From Eledone cirrhosa (Eukaryota): 64,000 bases of DNA. Position numbers and translations under genes: made by a program. The number at the start of each line of letters is the position of its first letter. Position 1 is the stretch's first letter. Under the pieces are notes generated by a model, which made no database searches, was not told the origin of the DNA, and saw nothing but the letters and a program-made list of their open reading frames with translations. The DNA is taken from contig OZ024759.1 of NCBI GenBank assembly GCA_964016885.1, forward strand, positions 7,378,001 to 7,442,000, read 5' to 3'. Shown here piece after piece: positions 40,006-51,339 of this stretch.

Positions 40006-40069
<64 letters not shown>

Positions 40070-40176
40070 CCCCCCCCCCCCTCTCTCTCTATATATATAT
40101 ATTGATTTGATGATAGTGGCGGCGGCCGTTATGGTGTCTTGGTGTTATGTTGTTAGTGATGGCTGTTGTGCTTTAA

Positions 40177-43100
40177 TGGTGGTAGCGATGTTGTGTTGTT
40201 TACTGTGGTGGTGGTGGTGGTGGTGGTGGTAGCGATGTTGTGTTGTTTACTGTGGTGGTGGTGGTGGTGTTGGTGGTGGTGGTAGCGATGTTGTGTTGTT
40301 TACTGTGGTGGTGGTGGTGGTGGTAGCGATGTTGTGTTGTTTACTGTGGTGGTGGTGGTGGTGGTGGTAGCGATGTTGTGTTGTTTACTGTGGTGGTGGT
40401 GGTGGTGGTAGCGATGTTGTGTTGTTTACTGTGGTGGTGGTGGTGGTGGTGGTGGTAGCGATGTTGTGTTGTTTACTGTGGTGGTGGTGGTGGTGGTGGT
40501 GGTAGCGATGTTGTGTTGTTTACTGTGGTGGTGGTGGTGGTGGTGGTGGTAGCGATGTTGTGTTGTTTACTGTGGTGGTGGTGGTGGTGGTGGCGATGTT
40601 GTGTTGTTTACTGTGGTGGTGGTGGTGGTGGTAGCGATGTTGTGTTGTTTACTGTGGTGGTGGTGGTGGTGGTGGCGATGTTGTGTTGTTTACTGTGGTG
40701 GTGGTGGTAGCGATGTTGTGTTGTTTACTGTGGTGGTGGTGGTGGTGGTGGTGGTAGCGATGTTGTGTTGTTTACTGTGGTGGTGGTGGTGGTGGTGGCG
40801 ATGTTGTGTTGTTTACTGTGGTGGTGGTGGTGGTAGCGATGTTGTGTTGTTTACTGTGGTGGTGGTGGTGGTGGTGGCGATGTTGTGTTGTTTACTGTGG
40901 TGGTGGTGGTGGTGGTAGCGATGTTGTGTTGTTTACTGTGGTGGTGGTGGTGGTGGTAGCGATGTTGTGTTGTTTACTGTGGTGGTGGTGGTGGTGGTGG
41001 TAGCGATGTTGTGTTGTTTACTGTGGTGGTGGTGGTGGTGGTGGTGGTGGTAGCGATGTTGTGTTGTTTACTGTGGTGGTGGTGGTGGTGGTGGTGGTGG
41101 TGGTGGTGGTGGTGGTAGCGATGTTGTGTTGTTTACTGTGGTGGTGGTGGTGGTGGTGGTGGTGGTGGTGGTGGTGGTAGCGATGTTGTGTTGTTTACTG
41201 TGGTGGTGGTGGTGGTGGTGGTGGTAGCGATGTTGTGTTGTTTACTGTGGTGGTGGTGGTGGTGGTAGCGATGTTGTGTTGTTTACTGTGGTGGTGGTGG
41301 TGGTGGTAGCGATGTTGTGTTGTTTACTGTGGTGGTGGTGGTGGTGGTGGTAGCGATGTTGTGTTGTTTACTGTGGTGGTGGTGGTGGTGGTGGTGGTGG
41401 TAGCGATGTTGTGTTGTTTACTGTGGTGGTGGTGGTGGTGGTGGTGGTGGTGGTGGTGGTGGTGGTAGCGATGTTGTGTTGTTTACTGTGGTGGTGGTGG
41501 TGGTGGTGGTGGTGGTGGTGGTGGTGGTAGCGATGTTGTGTTGTTTACTGTGGTGGTGGTGGTGGTGGTGGTGGTAGCGATGTTGTGTTGTTTACTGTGG
41601 TGGTGGTGGTGGTGGTGGTGGTAGCGATGTTGTGTTGTTTACTGTGGTGGTGGTGGTGGTGGTGGTGGTGGTGGTGGTGGTGGTAGCGATGTTGTGTTGT
41701 TTACTGTGGTGGTGGTGGTGGTGGTGGTAGCGATGTTGTGTTGTTTACTGTGGTGGTGGTGGTGGTGGTGGTGGTGGTGGCGATGTTGTGTTGTTTACTG
41801 TGGTGGTGGTGGTGGTGGTGGTGGTGGTAGCGATGTTGTGTTGTTTACTGTGGTGGTGGTGGTGGTGGTGGTGGTAGCGATGTTGTGTTGTTTACTGTGG
41901 TGGTGGTGGTGGTGGTGGTGGTGGTAGCGATGTTGTGTTGTTTACTGTGGTGGTGGTGGTGGTGGTGGTGTGTTGTTTACTGTGGTGGTGGTGGTGGTGG
42001 TAGCGATGTTGTGTTGTTTACTGTGGTGGTGGTGGTGGTGGTGGTGGTGGTGGTGGTGGTAGCGATGTTGTGTTGTTTACTGTGGTGGTGGTGGTGGTGG
42101 TGGTGGTGGTGGTGGTAGCGATGTTGTGTTGTTTACTGTGGTGGTGGTGGTGGTGGTGGTGGTAGCGATGTTGTGTTGTTTACTGTGGTGGTGGTGGTGG
42201 TGGTAGCGATGTTGTGTTGTTTACTGTGGTGGTGGTGGTGGTGGTGGTGTGTTGTTGTGTTGTTTACTGTGGTGGTGGTGGTGGTGGTGGTAGCGATGTT
42301 GTGTTGTTTACTGTGGTGGTGGTGGTGGTGGTGGTGGTGGTAGCGATGTTGTGTTGTTTACTGTGGTGGTGGTGGTGGTGGTGGTGGTGGTAGCGATGTA
42401 GTGTTGTTTACTGTGGTGGTGGTGGTGGTGGTAGCGATGTTGTGTTGTTTACTGTGGTGGTGGTGGTGGTGGTGGTGGTGGTGGTAGCGATGTTGTGTTG
42501 TTTACTGTGGTGGTGGTGGTGGTGGTGGTGGTAGCGATGTTGTGTTGTTTACTGTGGTGGTGGTGGTGGTGGTGGTAGCGATGTTGTGTTGTTTACTGTG
42601 GTGGTGGTGGTGGTGGTGGTGGTGGTAGCGATGTTGTGTTGTTTACTGTGGTGGTGGTGGTGGTGGTGGTGGTAGCGATGTTGTGTTGTTTACTGTGGTG
42701 GTGGTGGTGGTGGTGGTAGCGATGTTGTGTTGTTTACTGTGGTGGTGGTGGTGGTGGTGGTGGTGGTAGCGATGTTGTGTTGTTTACTGTGGTGGTGGTG
42801 GTGGTGGTGGTGGTGGTAGCGATGTTGTGTTGTTTACTGTGGTGGTGGTGGTGGTGGTGGTGGTAGCGATGTTGTGTTGTTTACTGTGGTGGTGGTGGTG
42901 GTGGTAGCGATGTTGTGTTGTTTACTGTGGTGGTGGTGGTGGTGGTGGTAGCGATGTTGTGTTGTTTACTGTGGTGGTGGTGGTGGTGGTGGTGGTAGCG
43001 ATGTTGTGTTGTTTACTGTGGTGGTGGTGGTGGTGGTGGTAGCGATGTTGTGTTGTTTACTGTGGTGGTGGTGGTGGTGGTGGTGGTAGCGATGTTGTGT

Positions 43101-46100
43101 TGTTTACTGTGGTGGTGGTGGTGGTGGTGGTGGTAGCGATGTTGTGTTGTTTACTGTGGTGGTGGTGGTGGTGGTGGTAGCGATGTTGTGTTGTTTACTG
43201 TGGTGGTGGTGGTGGTGGTGGTGGTGTGTTGTTTACTGTGGTGGTGGTGGTGGTGGTGGTGGTAGCGATGTTGTGTTGTTTACTGTGGTGGTGGTGGTGG
43301 TGGTCGTGGTAGCGATGTTGTGTTTACTGTGGTGGTGGTGGTGGTGGTGGTGTGTTGTTTACTGTGGTGGTGGTGGTGGTGGTGGTGTGTTGTTTACTGT
43401 GGTGGTGGTGGTGGTGGTAGCGATGTTGTGTTGTTTACTGTGGTGGTGGTGGTGGTGGTGGTAGCGATGTTGTGTTGTTTACTGTGGTGGTGGTGGTGGT
43501 GGTGGTGGTAGCGATGTTGTGTTTACTGTGGTGGTGGTGGTGGTGGTGGTGGTGGTGTGTTGTTTACTGTGGTGGTGGTGGTGGTGGTGGTGGTAGCGAT
43601 GTAGTGTTGTTTACTGTGGTGGTGGTGGTGGTAGCGATGTTGTGTTGTTTACTGTGGTGGTGGTGGTGGTGGTGGTGGTATCGATGTTGTGTTGTTTACT
43701 GTGGTGGTGGTGGTGGTGGTGGTGGTAGCGATGTTGTGTTGTTTACTGTGGTGGTGGTGGTGGTGGTGGTGGTAGCGATGTTGTGTTGTTTACTGTGGTG
43801 GTGGTGGTGGTGGTGGTTATGTTGTGTTGTTTACTGTGGTGGTGGTGGTGGTGGTGGTGGTGGTGGTGGTGATGTGTTGTTTACTGTGGTGGTGGTGGTG
43901 GTGGTGGTGGTGGTGGTGGTGATGTTGTGTTGTTTACTGTGGTGGTGGTGGTGGTGGTAGCGATGTTGTGTTGTTTACTGTGGTGGTGGTGGTGGTGGTG
44001 GTGGTGGTGGTGGTAGCGATGTTGTGTTGTTTACTGTGGTGGTGGTGGTGGTGGTGGTGGTAGCGATGTTGTGTTGTTTACTGTGGTGGTGGTGGTGGTG
44101 GTGGTGGTAGCGATGTTGTGTTGTTTACTGTGGTGGTGGTGGTGGTGGTGGTGGTGGTGGTGATGTTGTGTTGTTTACTGTGGTGGTGGTGGTGGTGGTG
44201 GTGGTGGTGGTAGCGATGTTGTGTTGTTTACTGTGGTGGTGGTGGTGGTGGTGGTGGTGGTGGTGGTGGTGGTAGCGATGTTGTGTTGTTTACTGTGGTG
44301 GTGGTGGTGGTGGTGGTAGCGATGTTGTGTTGTTTACTGTGGTGGTGGTGGTGGTGTTGTGTTGTTTACTGTGGTGGTGGTGGTGGTGGTGGTGGTGGTG
44401 GTAGCGATGTTGTGTTGTTTACTGTGGTGGTGGTGGCGATGTTGTGTTGTTTACTGTGGTGGTGGTGGTGGTGGTGGTGGTGATGTTGTGTTGTTTACTG
44501 TGGTGGTGGTGGTGGTGGTGGTGATGTTGTGTTGTTTACTGTGGTGGTGGTGGTGGTGGTGGTGGTGGTAGCGATGTTGTGTTGTTTACTGTGGTGGTGG
44601 TGGTGGTGGTGGTGGTGGTGGTAGCGATGTTGTGTTGTTTACTGTGGTGGGGGTGGTGGTGGTGGTGGTGGTGGTAGCGATGTTGTGTTGTTTACTGTGG
44701 TGGTGGTGGTGGTGGTGGTGGTGGTAGCGATGTTGTGTTGTTTACTGTGGTGGTGGTGGTGGTGGTGGTGGTAGCGATGTTGTGTTGTTTACTGTGGTGG
44801 TGGTGGTGGTGGTGGTGGTAGCGATGTTGTGTTGTTTACTGTGGTGGTGGTGGTGGTGGTGGTAGCGATGTTGTGTTGTTTACTGTGGTGGTGGTGGTGG
44901 TGGTGGTGGTAGCGATGTTGTGTTGTTTACTGTGGTGGTGGTGGTGGTGGTGGTGGTGGTAGCGATGTTGTGTTGTTTACTGTGGTGGTGGTGGTGGTGG
45001 TGGTGGTAGCGATGTTGTGTTGTTTACTGTGGTGGTGGTGGTGGTGGTGGTGGTAGCGATGTTGTGTTGTTTACTGTGGTGGTGGTGGTGGTGGTGGTGG
45101 TAGCGATGTTGTGTTGTTTACGGTGGTGGTGGTGGTGGTGGTGGTGTGTTGTTTACTGTGGTGGTGGTGGTGGTAGCGATGTTGTGTTGTTTACTGTGGT
45201 GGTGGTGGTGGTGGTGGTGGTAGCGATGTTGTGTTGTTTACTGTGGTGGTGGTGGTGGTGGTGGTGGTAGCGATGTTGTGTTGTTTACTGTGGTGGTGGT
45301 GGTGGTGGTGGTGGTGGTAGCGATGTTGTGTTGTTTACTGTGGTGGTGGTGGTGGTGGTGGTGGTAGCGATGTTGTGTTGTTTACTGTGGTGGTGGTGGT
45401 GGTGGTGGTGGTGGTAGCGATGTTGTGTTGTTTACTGTGGTGGTGGTGGTGGTGGTGGTGGTGGTAGCGATGTTGTGTTGTTTACTGTGGTGGTGGTGGT
45501 GGTGGTGGTGGTAGCGATGTTGTGTTGTTTACTGTGGTGGTGGTGGTGGTGGTGGTGGTAGCGATGTTGTGTTGTTTACGGTGGTGGTGGTGGTGGTGGT
45601 GGTGTGTTGTTTACTGTGGTGGTGGTGGTGGTAGCGATGTTGTGTTGTTTACTGTGGTGGTGGTGGTGGTGGTGGTGGTGGTGGTAGCGATGTTGTGTTG
45701 TTTACTGTGGTGGTGGTGGTGGTGGTGGTGGTAGCGATGTTGTGTTGTTTACGGTGGTGGTGGTGGTGGTGGTGGTGGTAGCGATGTTGTGTTGTTTACT
45801 GTGGTGGTGGTGGTAGCGATGTTGTGTTGTTTACTGTGGTGGTGGTGGTGGTGGTGGTGGTGGTAGCGATGTTGTGTTGTTTACTGTGGTGGTGGTGGTG
45901 GTGGTAGCGATGTTGTGTTGTTTACTGTGGTGGTGGTGGTGGTGGTGGTGGTGGTGGTAGCGATGTTGTGTTGTTTACTGTGGTGGTGGTGGTGGTGGTA
46001 GCGATGTTGTGTTGTTTACTGTGGTGGTGGTGGTGGTGGTGGTAGCGATGTTGTGTTGTTTACTGTGGTGGTGGTGGTGGTGGTGGTAGCGATGTTGTGT

Positions 46101-47715
46101 TGTTTACTGTGGTGGTGGTGGTGGTGGTAGCGATGTTGTGTTGTTTACTGTGGTGGTGGTGGTGGTGGTGGTGGTGGTGGTAGCGATGTTGTGTTGTTTA
46201 CTGTGGTGGTGGTGGTGGTGGTGGTTATGTTGTGTTGTTTACTGTGGTGGTGGTGGTGGTGGTGGTAGCGATGTTGTGTTGTTTACTGTGGTGGTGGTGG
46301 TGGTGGTAGCGATGTTGTGTTGTTTACTGTGGTGGTGGTGGTGGTGGTGGTAGCGATGTTGTGTTGTTTACTGTGGTGGTGGTGGTGGTGGTAGCGATGT
46401 TGTGTTGTTTACTGTGGTGGTGGTGGTGGTGGTGGTAGCGATGTTGTGTTGTTTACTGTGGTGGTGGTGGTGGTGGTGGTAGCGATGTTGTGTTGTTTAC
46501 TGTGGTGGTGGTGGTGGTGGTGGTTATGTTGTGTTGTTTACTGTGGTGGTGGTGGTGGTGGTGGTAGCGATGTTGTGTTGTTTACTGTGGTGGTGGTGGT
46601 GGTGGTGGTAGCGATGTTGTGTTGTTTACTGTGGTGGTGGTGGTGGTGGTGGTGGTGGTGGTGGTAGCGATGTTGTGTTGTTTACTGTGGTGGTCGTGGT
46701 GGTGGTGGTTATGTTGTGTTGTTTACTGTGGTGGTGGTGGTGGTGGTGGTAGCGATGTTGTGTTGTTTACTGTGGTGGTGGTGGTGGTGGTGGTAGCGAT
46801 GTTGTGTTGTTTACTGTGGTGGTGGTGGTGGTGGTGGTGGTAGCGATGTTGTGTTGTTTACTGTGGTGGTGGTGGTGGTGGTGGTGGTGGTGGTAGCGAT
46901 GTTGTGTTGTTTACTGTGGTGGTGGTGGTGGTGGTGGTAGCGATGTTGTGTTGTTTACTGTGGTGGTGGTGGTGGTGGTGGTGGTAGCGATGTTGTGTTG
47001 TTTACTGTGGTGGTGGTGGTGGTGGTGGTGGTGGTGGTAGCGATGTTGTGTTGTTTACTGTGGTGGTGGTGGTGGTAGCGATGTTGTGTTGTTTACTGTG
47101 GTGGTGGTGGTGGTGGTGGTGGTAGCGATGTTGTGTTGTTTACTGTGGTGGTGGTGGTGGTGGTGGTGGTGGTAGCGATGTTGTGTTGTTTACTGTGGTG
47201 GTGGTGGTGGTGGTGGTGGTGGCGATGTTGTGTTGTTTACTGTGGTGGTGGTGGTGGTGGTGGTGGTGTTGTGTTGTTTACTGTGGTGGTGGTGGTGGTG
47301 GTGGTAGCGATGTTGTGTTGTTTACTGTGGTGGTGGTGGTGGTGGTGGTGGTGGTGATGTGTTGTTTACTGTGGTGGTGGTGGTGGTGGTGGTGGTGTTG
47401 TGTTGTTTACTGTGGTGGTGGTGGTGGTGGTAGCGATGTTGTGTTGTTTACTGTGGTGGTGGTGGTGGTGGTGGTGGTGGTGGTAGCGATGTTGTGTTGT
47501 TTACTGTGGTGGTGGTGGTGGTGGTGGTGGTAGCGATGTAGTGTTGTTTACTGTGGTGGTGGTGGTGGTGGTGGTAGCGATGTAGTGTTGTTTACTGTGG
47601 TGGTGGTGGTGGTGGTGGTGGTGATGTTGTGTTGTTTACTGTGGTGGTGGTGGTGGTGGTGGTAGCGATGTTGTGTTGTTTACTGTGGTGGTGGTGGTGG
47701 TGGTGGTGGTGGTGT
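40177..47715. repeat. 7.5-kb array of AGCGATGTTGTGTTGTTTACT + (GGT)n with variable n
   Basis: Constant anchor with a variable trinucleotide tract; roughly 150 units. Confidence 0.97.
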
Positions 47716-47945
47716 GTTGCTACTGGTGGTGGTAGTGTTTGACGTGGTAGGTGGTAGTGTTGTCTTATCTAACTACAAAACCCTCCGTTGCATCTCCCCC
47801 TCCCCCCTTTCTCTCCATAGCCCCGCCTTCTCCTCCTATTTCTTTCTCTCCTCACACCATACCTCACTCATCAGTTCTCCCTCCCTCTCCTCTGATGTGG
47901 AAAATAATAGTAGTAGTAATTGCAATCGTTATTTATAGTAAATGG

Positions 47946-49028
47946 GCGGTGGAGTGGCAGTATCGGTAGAGTGTCGGACACCATGTTAGGGCGGTGGATT
48001 GGCAGTATCGGTAGAGGGTTGGACGCCATGCTAGGGTGGTGGATTGGCAGTATCGGTAGAGGGTTGGACGCCATGCTAGGGTGGTGGAGTGGCAGTATCT
48101 GTAGAGGGTCGGACACCATGCTAGGGCGGTGGATTGGCAGTATCGGTAGAGGGTCGGACGCCATGCTAGGGCGGTGGATTGGCAGTATCGGTAGAGGGTT
48201 GGACGCCATGCTAGGGTGGTGGATTGGCAGTATCGGTAGAGGGTCGGACGCCATGCTAGGGCGGTGGATTGGCAGTATCGGTAGAGGGTCGGACACCATG
48301 CTAGGGCGGTGGAGTGGCAGTATCGGTAGAGGGTCGGACACCATGTTAGGGTGGTGGATTGGCAGTATCGGTAGAGGGTCGGACACCATGCTAGGGCGGT
48401 GGAGTGGCAGTATCGGTAGAGGGTCGGACACCATGTTAGGGCGGTGGATTGCCAGTATCGGTAGAGGGTCGGACACCATGCTAGGGCGGTGGAGTGGCAG
48501 TATCGGTAGAGGGTCGGACACCATGCTAGGGCGGTGGAGTGGCAGTATCGGTAGAGGGTTGGACGCCATGTTAGGGTGGTGGATTGGCAGTATCGGTAGA
48601 GGGTCGGACACCATGCTAGGGCGGTGGAGTGGCAGTATCGGTAGAGGGTCGGACACCATGCTAGGGCGGTGGAGTGGCAGTATCGGTAGAGGGTCGGACA
48701 CCATGCTAGGGCGGTGGAGTGGCAGTATCGGTAGAGGGTCGGACACCATGCTAGGGCGGTGGAGTGGCAGTATCGGTAGAGGGTCGGACACCATGTTAGG
48801 GCGGTGGATTGGCAGTATCGGTAGAGGGTCGGACACCATGCTAGGGCGGTGGATTGGCAGTATCGGTAGAGGGTCGGACACCATGCTTTCTAGCATAGTT
48901 ACGTCCCTTTACGGTCTGAGTTCAAATCCCGCCGAGGTTGACTTTGCCTTTCATCCTTACGGGGTCGATAAAATAAAGTACCAGTATTGCACTGGGTCAT
49001 TGCTGGCCTTGTGCCTAAAGTAGAAACA
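47946..49028 (+). mobile_element. Family A SINE whose 45-bp head is amplified about 21 times
   Basis: Unit CTAGGGCGGTGGAGTGGCAGTATCGGTAGAGGGTCGGACACCATG, then a normal SINE body. 18-bp TSD GTTATTTATAGTAAATGG at 47928 and 49029. Confidence 0.93.
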
Positions 49029-49299
49029 GTTATTTATAGTAAATGGTGCGATGGTGATGGTAATAATTGTTAGTGGTGGTGGTAGCAGTGGTAATGGTGG
49101 CGGTGATAGTGTTGGTAGTGGTAGTGCTGGGGTATTGGTAGGTAGTGGTGGTGTACTCCATTTGATCATAATAGTGAGTGAGGGGAGAGATGGAGGTGAT
49201 GACAGTGGGAGTTTGGTTCCTCTGTGTCAGGACCTTGTGTACATTTTACTGTGTGTATTTTTACACTATCAACCCTTTCCTGTGTCACTTCCTACAATA

Positions 49300-50183
49300 C
49301 ATTGATAAGTGTTGATGAGTAGAAAAGAGGACAAAACTCTGATTCCATCAGGGAAATGGCCATGTTCGATATGTAGAAAAGGAGCTGGCATAAATTCTAT
49401 AAAATGTGCACAATGCAGATCCTGGGTACACAAGAGATGTAGCGGGATAGCAGGCAAACTAACAGGTAGGGAGAAATATGTATGCAGTAGATGTACAGGG
49501 AAATTAGACAGTAGAAGTCGCAGTGATAGACACATTTTTCAAATGCAGGCTGGTGCTATAAAAGTGGCTGATAGCTTCCGGTACCTAGGAGATCAGATTA
49601 GCATAGTAGGGGGGTGTTCCGAGGCCATAGTATCCAGAATAAGGACAGGTTGGAAGAAGTTTAGGGAGCTGCTTCCTCTGCTGACGAAGAAGGGTTTCTC
49701 CCTGTGTACAAAAGGCTGGTTATATGATGCCTGTGTGAGATGCGCGATGCTGCATGGTAGTGAGACATGGGCAGCAACTGCAGAGGATATGCGACGGCTG
49801 GAGAGAAATGAAGCAAGTATGCTCCGTTGGATGTGCAATGTCAATGTGCGTGAACGACCCAGCATCAATGTGTGGAGAGAGAAATTGGGTCTGAGAGGGA
49901 TAGATTGTAGTGTACGGGAGAGGAGACTGAGGTGGTATGGACATGTGATGCGCATGGAGGATGACCGATGGGTGAAGAAGTGCCAGGAAATGCCAGTTGA
50001 AGGAAGACGTGGTAGAGGTAGACCACGAAAAACATGGGCGGAGGTGGTGAGAGCACACCTCAGATCATTGAAGCTCACGGTGGAGATGACGAGGGACCGT
50101 GACAAGTGGAGAGATGCTGTGCTGAATAAGACCCGTCCCACCTTTGCAAGCAGGGAAAAGCGGACGTAAAATGATGATGATGA
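49300..50183 (+). pseudogene. 5'-truncated RTE-type LINE (PHD-like finger through 3' tail)
   Basis: 286-aa open frame WPCSIC..WVHKRC..CSRC..SFRYLGD..RRLRWYGHV..GRPRKTW; (GAT)n tail. Confidence 0.93.
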
Positions 50184-50974
50184 TATTGTATCTCCATTCT
50201 TAGTAGTTCTTTAATGATCAACATCAATATATCCTCTTTCTCACAACAACAACAACAACAACACCTTCACCACCACGAATGACAAAAACTCCAACATCTC
50301 CATCACCACAAACACCACCTACTTCCTCTTCATCACCAACAACACAACACTAACACGTCCACCACCAACAACACATACCACACATCATACACACATAAGC
50401 TTTGCCTCCATAGAAGAACAGACATTACATGATGATGTTGGTGATCTACATGATAAACACACCCAGTATTTGCTGTAAAATGGTTAGTGATAGGAAGGAC
50501 ATCCAGCCATAGAAAGTTTGCCTAATAAAGGGTTGGGAGGACCCTTCAGTTATATGAGGGACATGACATGATGAGAGCTGATCTCAGATCACTGAAGTTC
50601 ATAGAGGAGATGACGAAGGACCATGACAAGTGGAGAGATTCTGTGCTGAATAGGACCCATCCCACCCTGGGACGTCAAATGATGATGATGATGATGATGA
50701 TGACAGTCTTTTTAGTCTTGGTGATCTACAGTTCATGCTGTAAAGTGGTTGGTGATAGGAAGGAATTCCAGCTAGAGAAAGCTTGCCTAATAAAGGGCTG
50801 GGAGACAGTTGTGTGAAAGACATGACAATCTCTCCTGTGCACTCAGTGAAACGCGAGACTCTACATAAGCGAAACACGGGTCTCTTGTCTGTTTAAGAGG
50901 TCAATAGTTTCAGTACTGACTTGTTCATGTAGGCCTGTCCAACCCTGCCTTGCAGACTTTATGATTATTATTAT

Positions 50975-51339
50975 TGGCGGTGGAATGGCAGTATCGGTAG
51001 AGAGTCGGACGCCATGCTTTGAAGCAAAGAGTTACGGCCCTTTACGGTCTGAGTTCAAATCCCGCCGAGGTTAACTTTGCCTTTCATCCTTACGAGGTCG
51101 ATAAAATAAAGTACCAGTAAAGTACTGGGGTCGATTTTATCGCCCCCCCCCCCAAAAAAAAATTACTGGCCTTGTGCCTATACTAGAAATCATTATTATC
51201 TAGGATTGGCAGTATTGGTAGAGGGTCGGATGCCATGCTTTGACGCATAGAGTTATGGCCCTTGCCATTCAAATCCCGCCGAGGTTAAATTTGCCTTTCA
51301 TCCTTATGGGGTCGATAAAATAAAGTACCAGTAATACAC
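50975..51339 (+). mobile_element. Two family A SINEs, the second cut at the Helitron boundary
   Basis: Box A/B and central domain present. Confidence 0.85.

Noticed and set aside
40177-47715. CRISPR-like look (constant repeat with variable spacers)
   Set aside because: The spacers are only (GGT)n, there are no cas genes, and the context is a eukaryotic intron.
47871-49023. 341- and 367-aa repeat proteins
   Set aside because: These come from the SINE-head 45-bp array, not from coding sequence.
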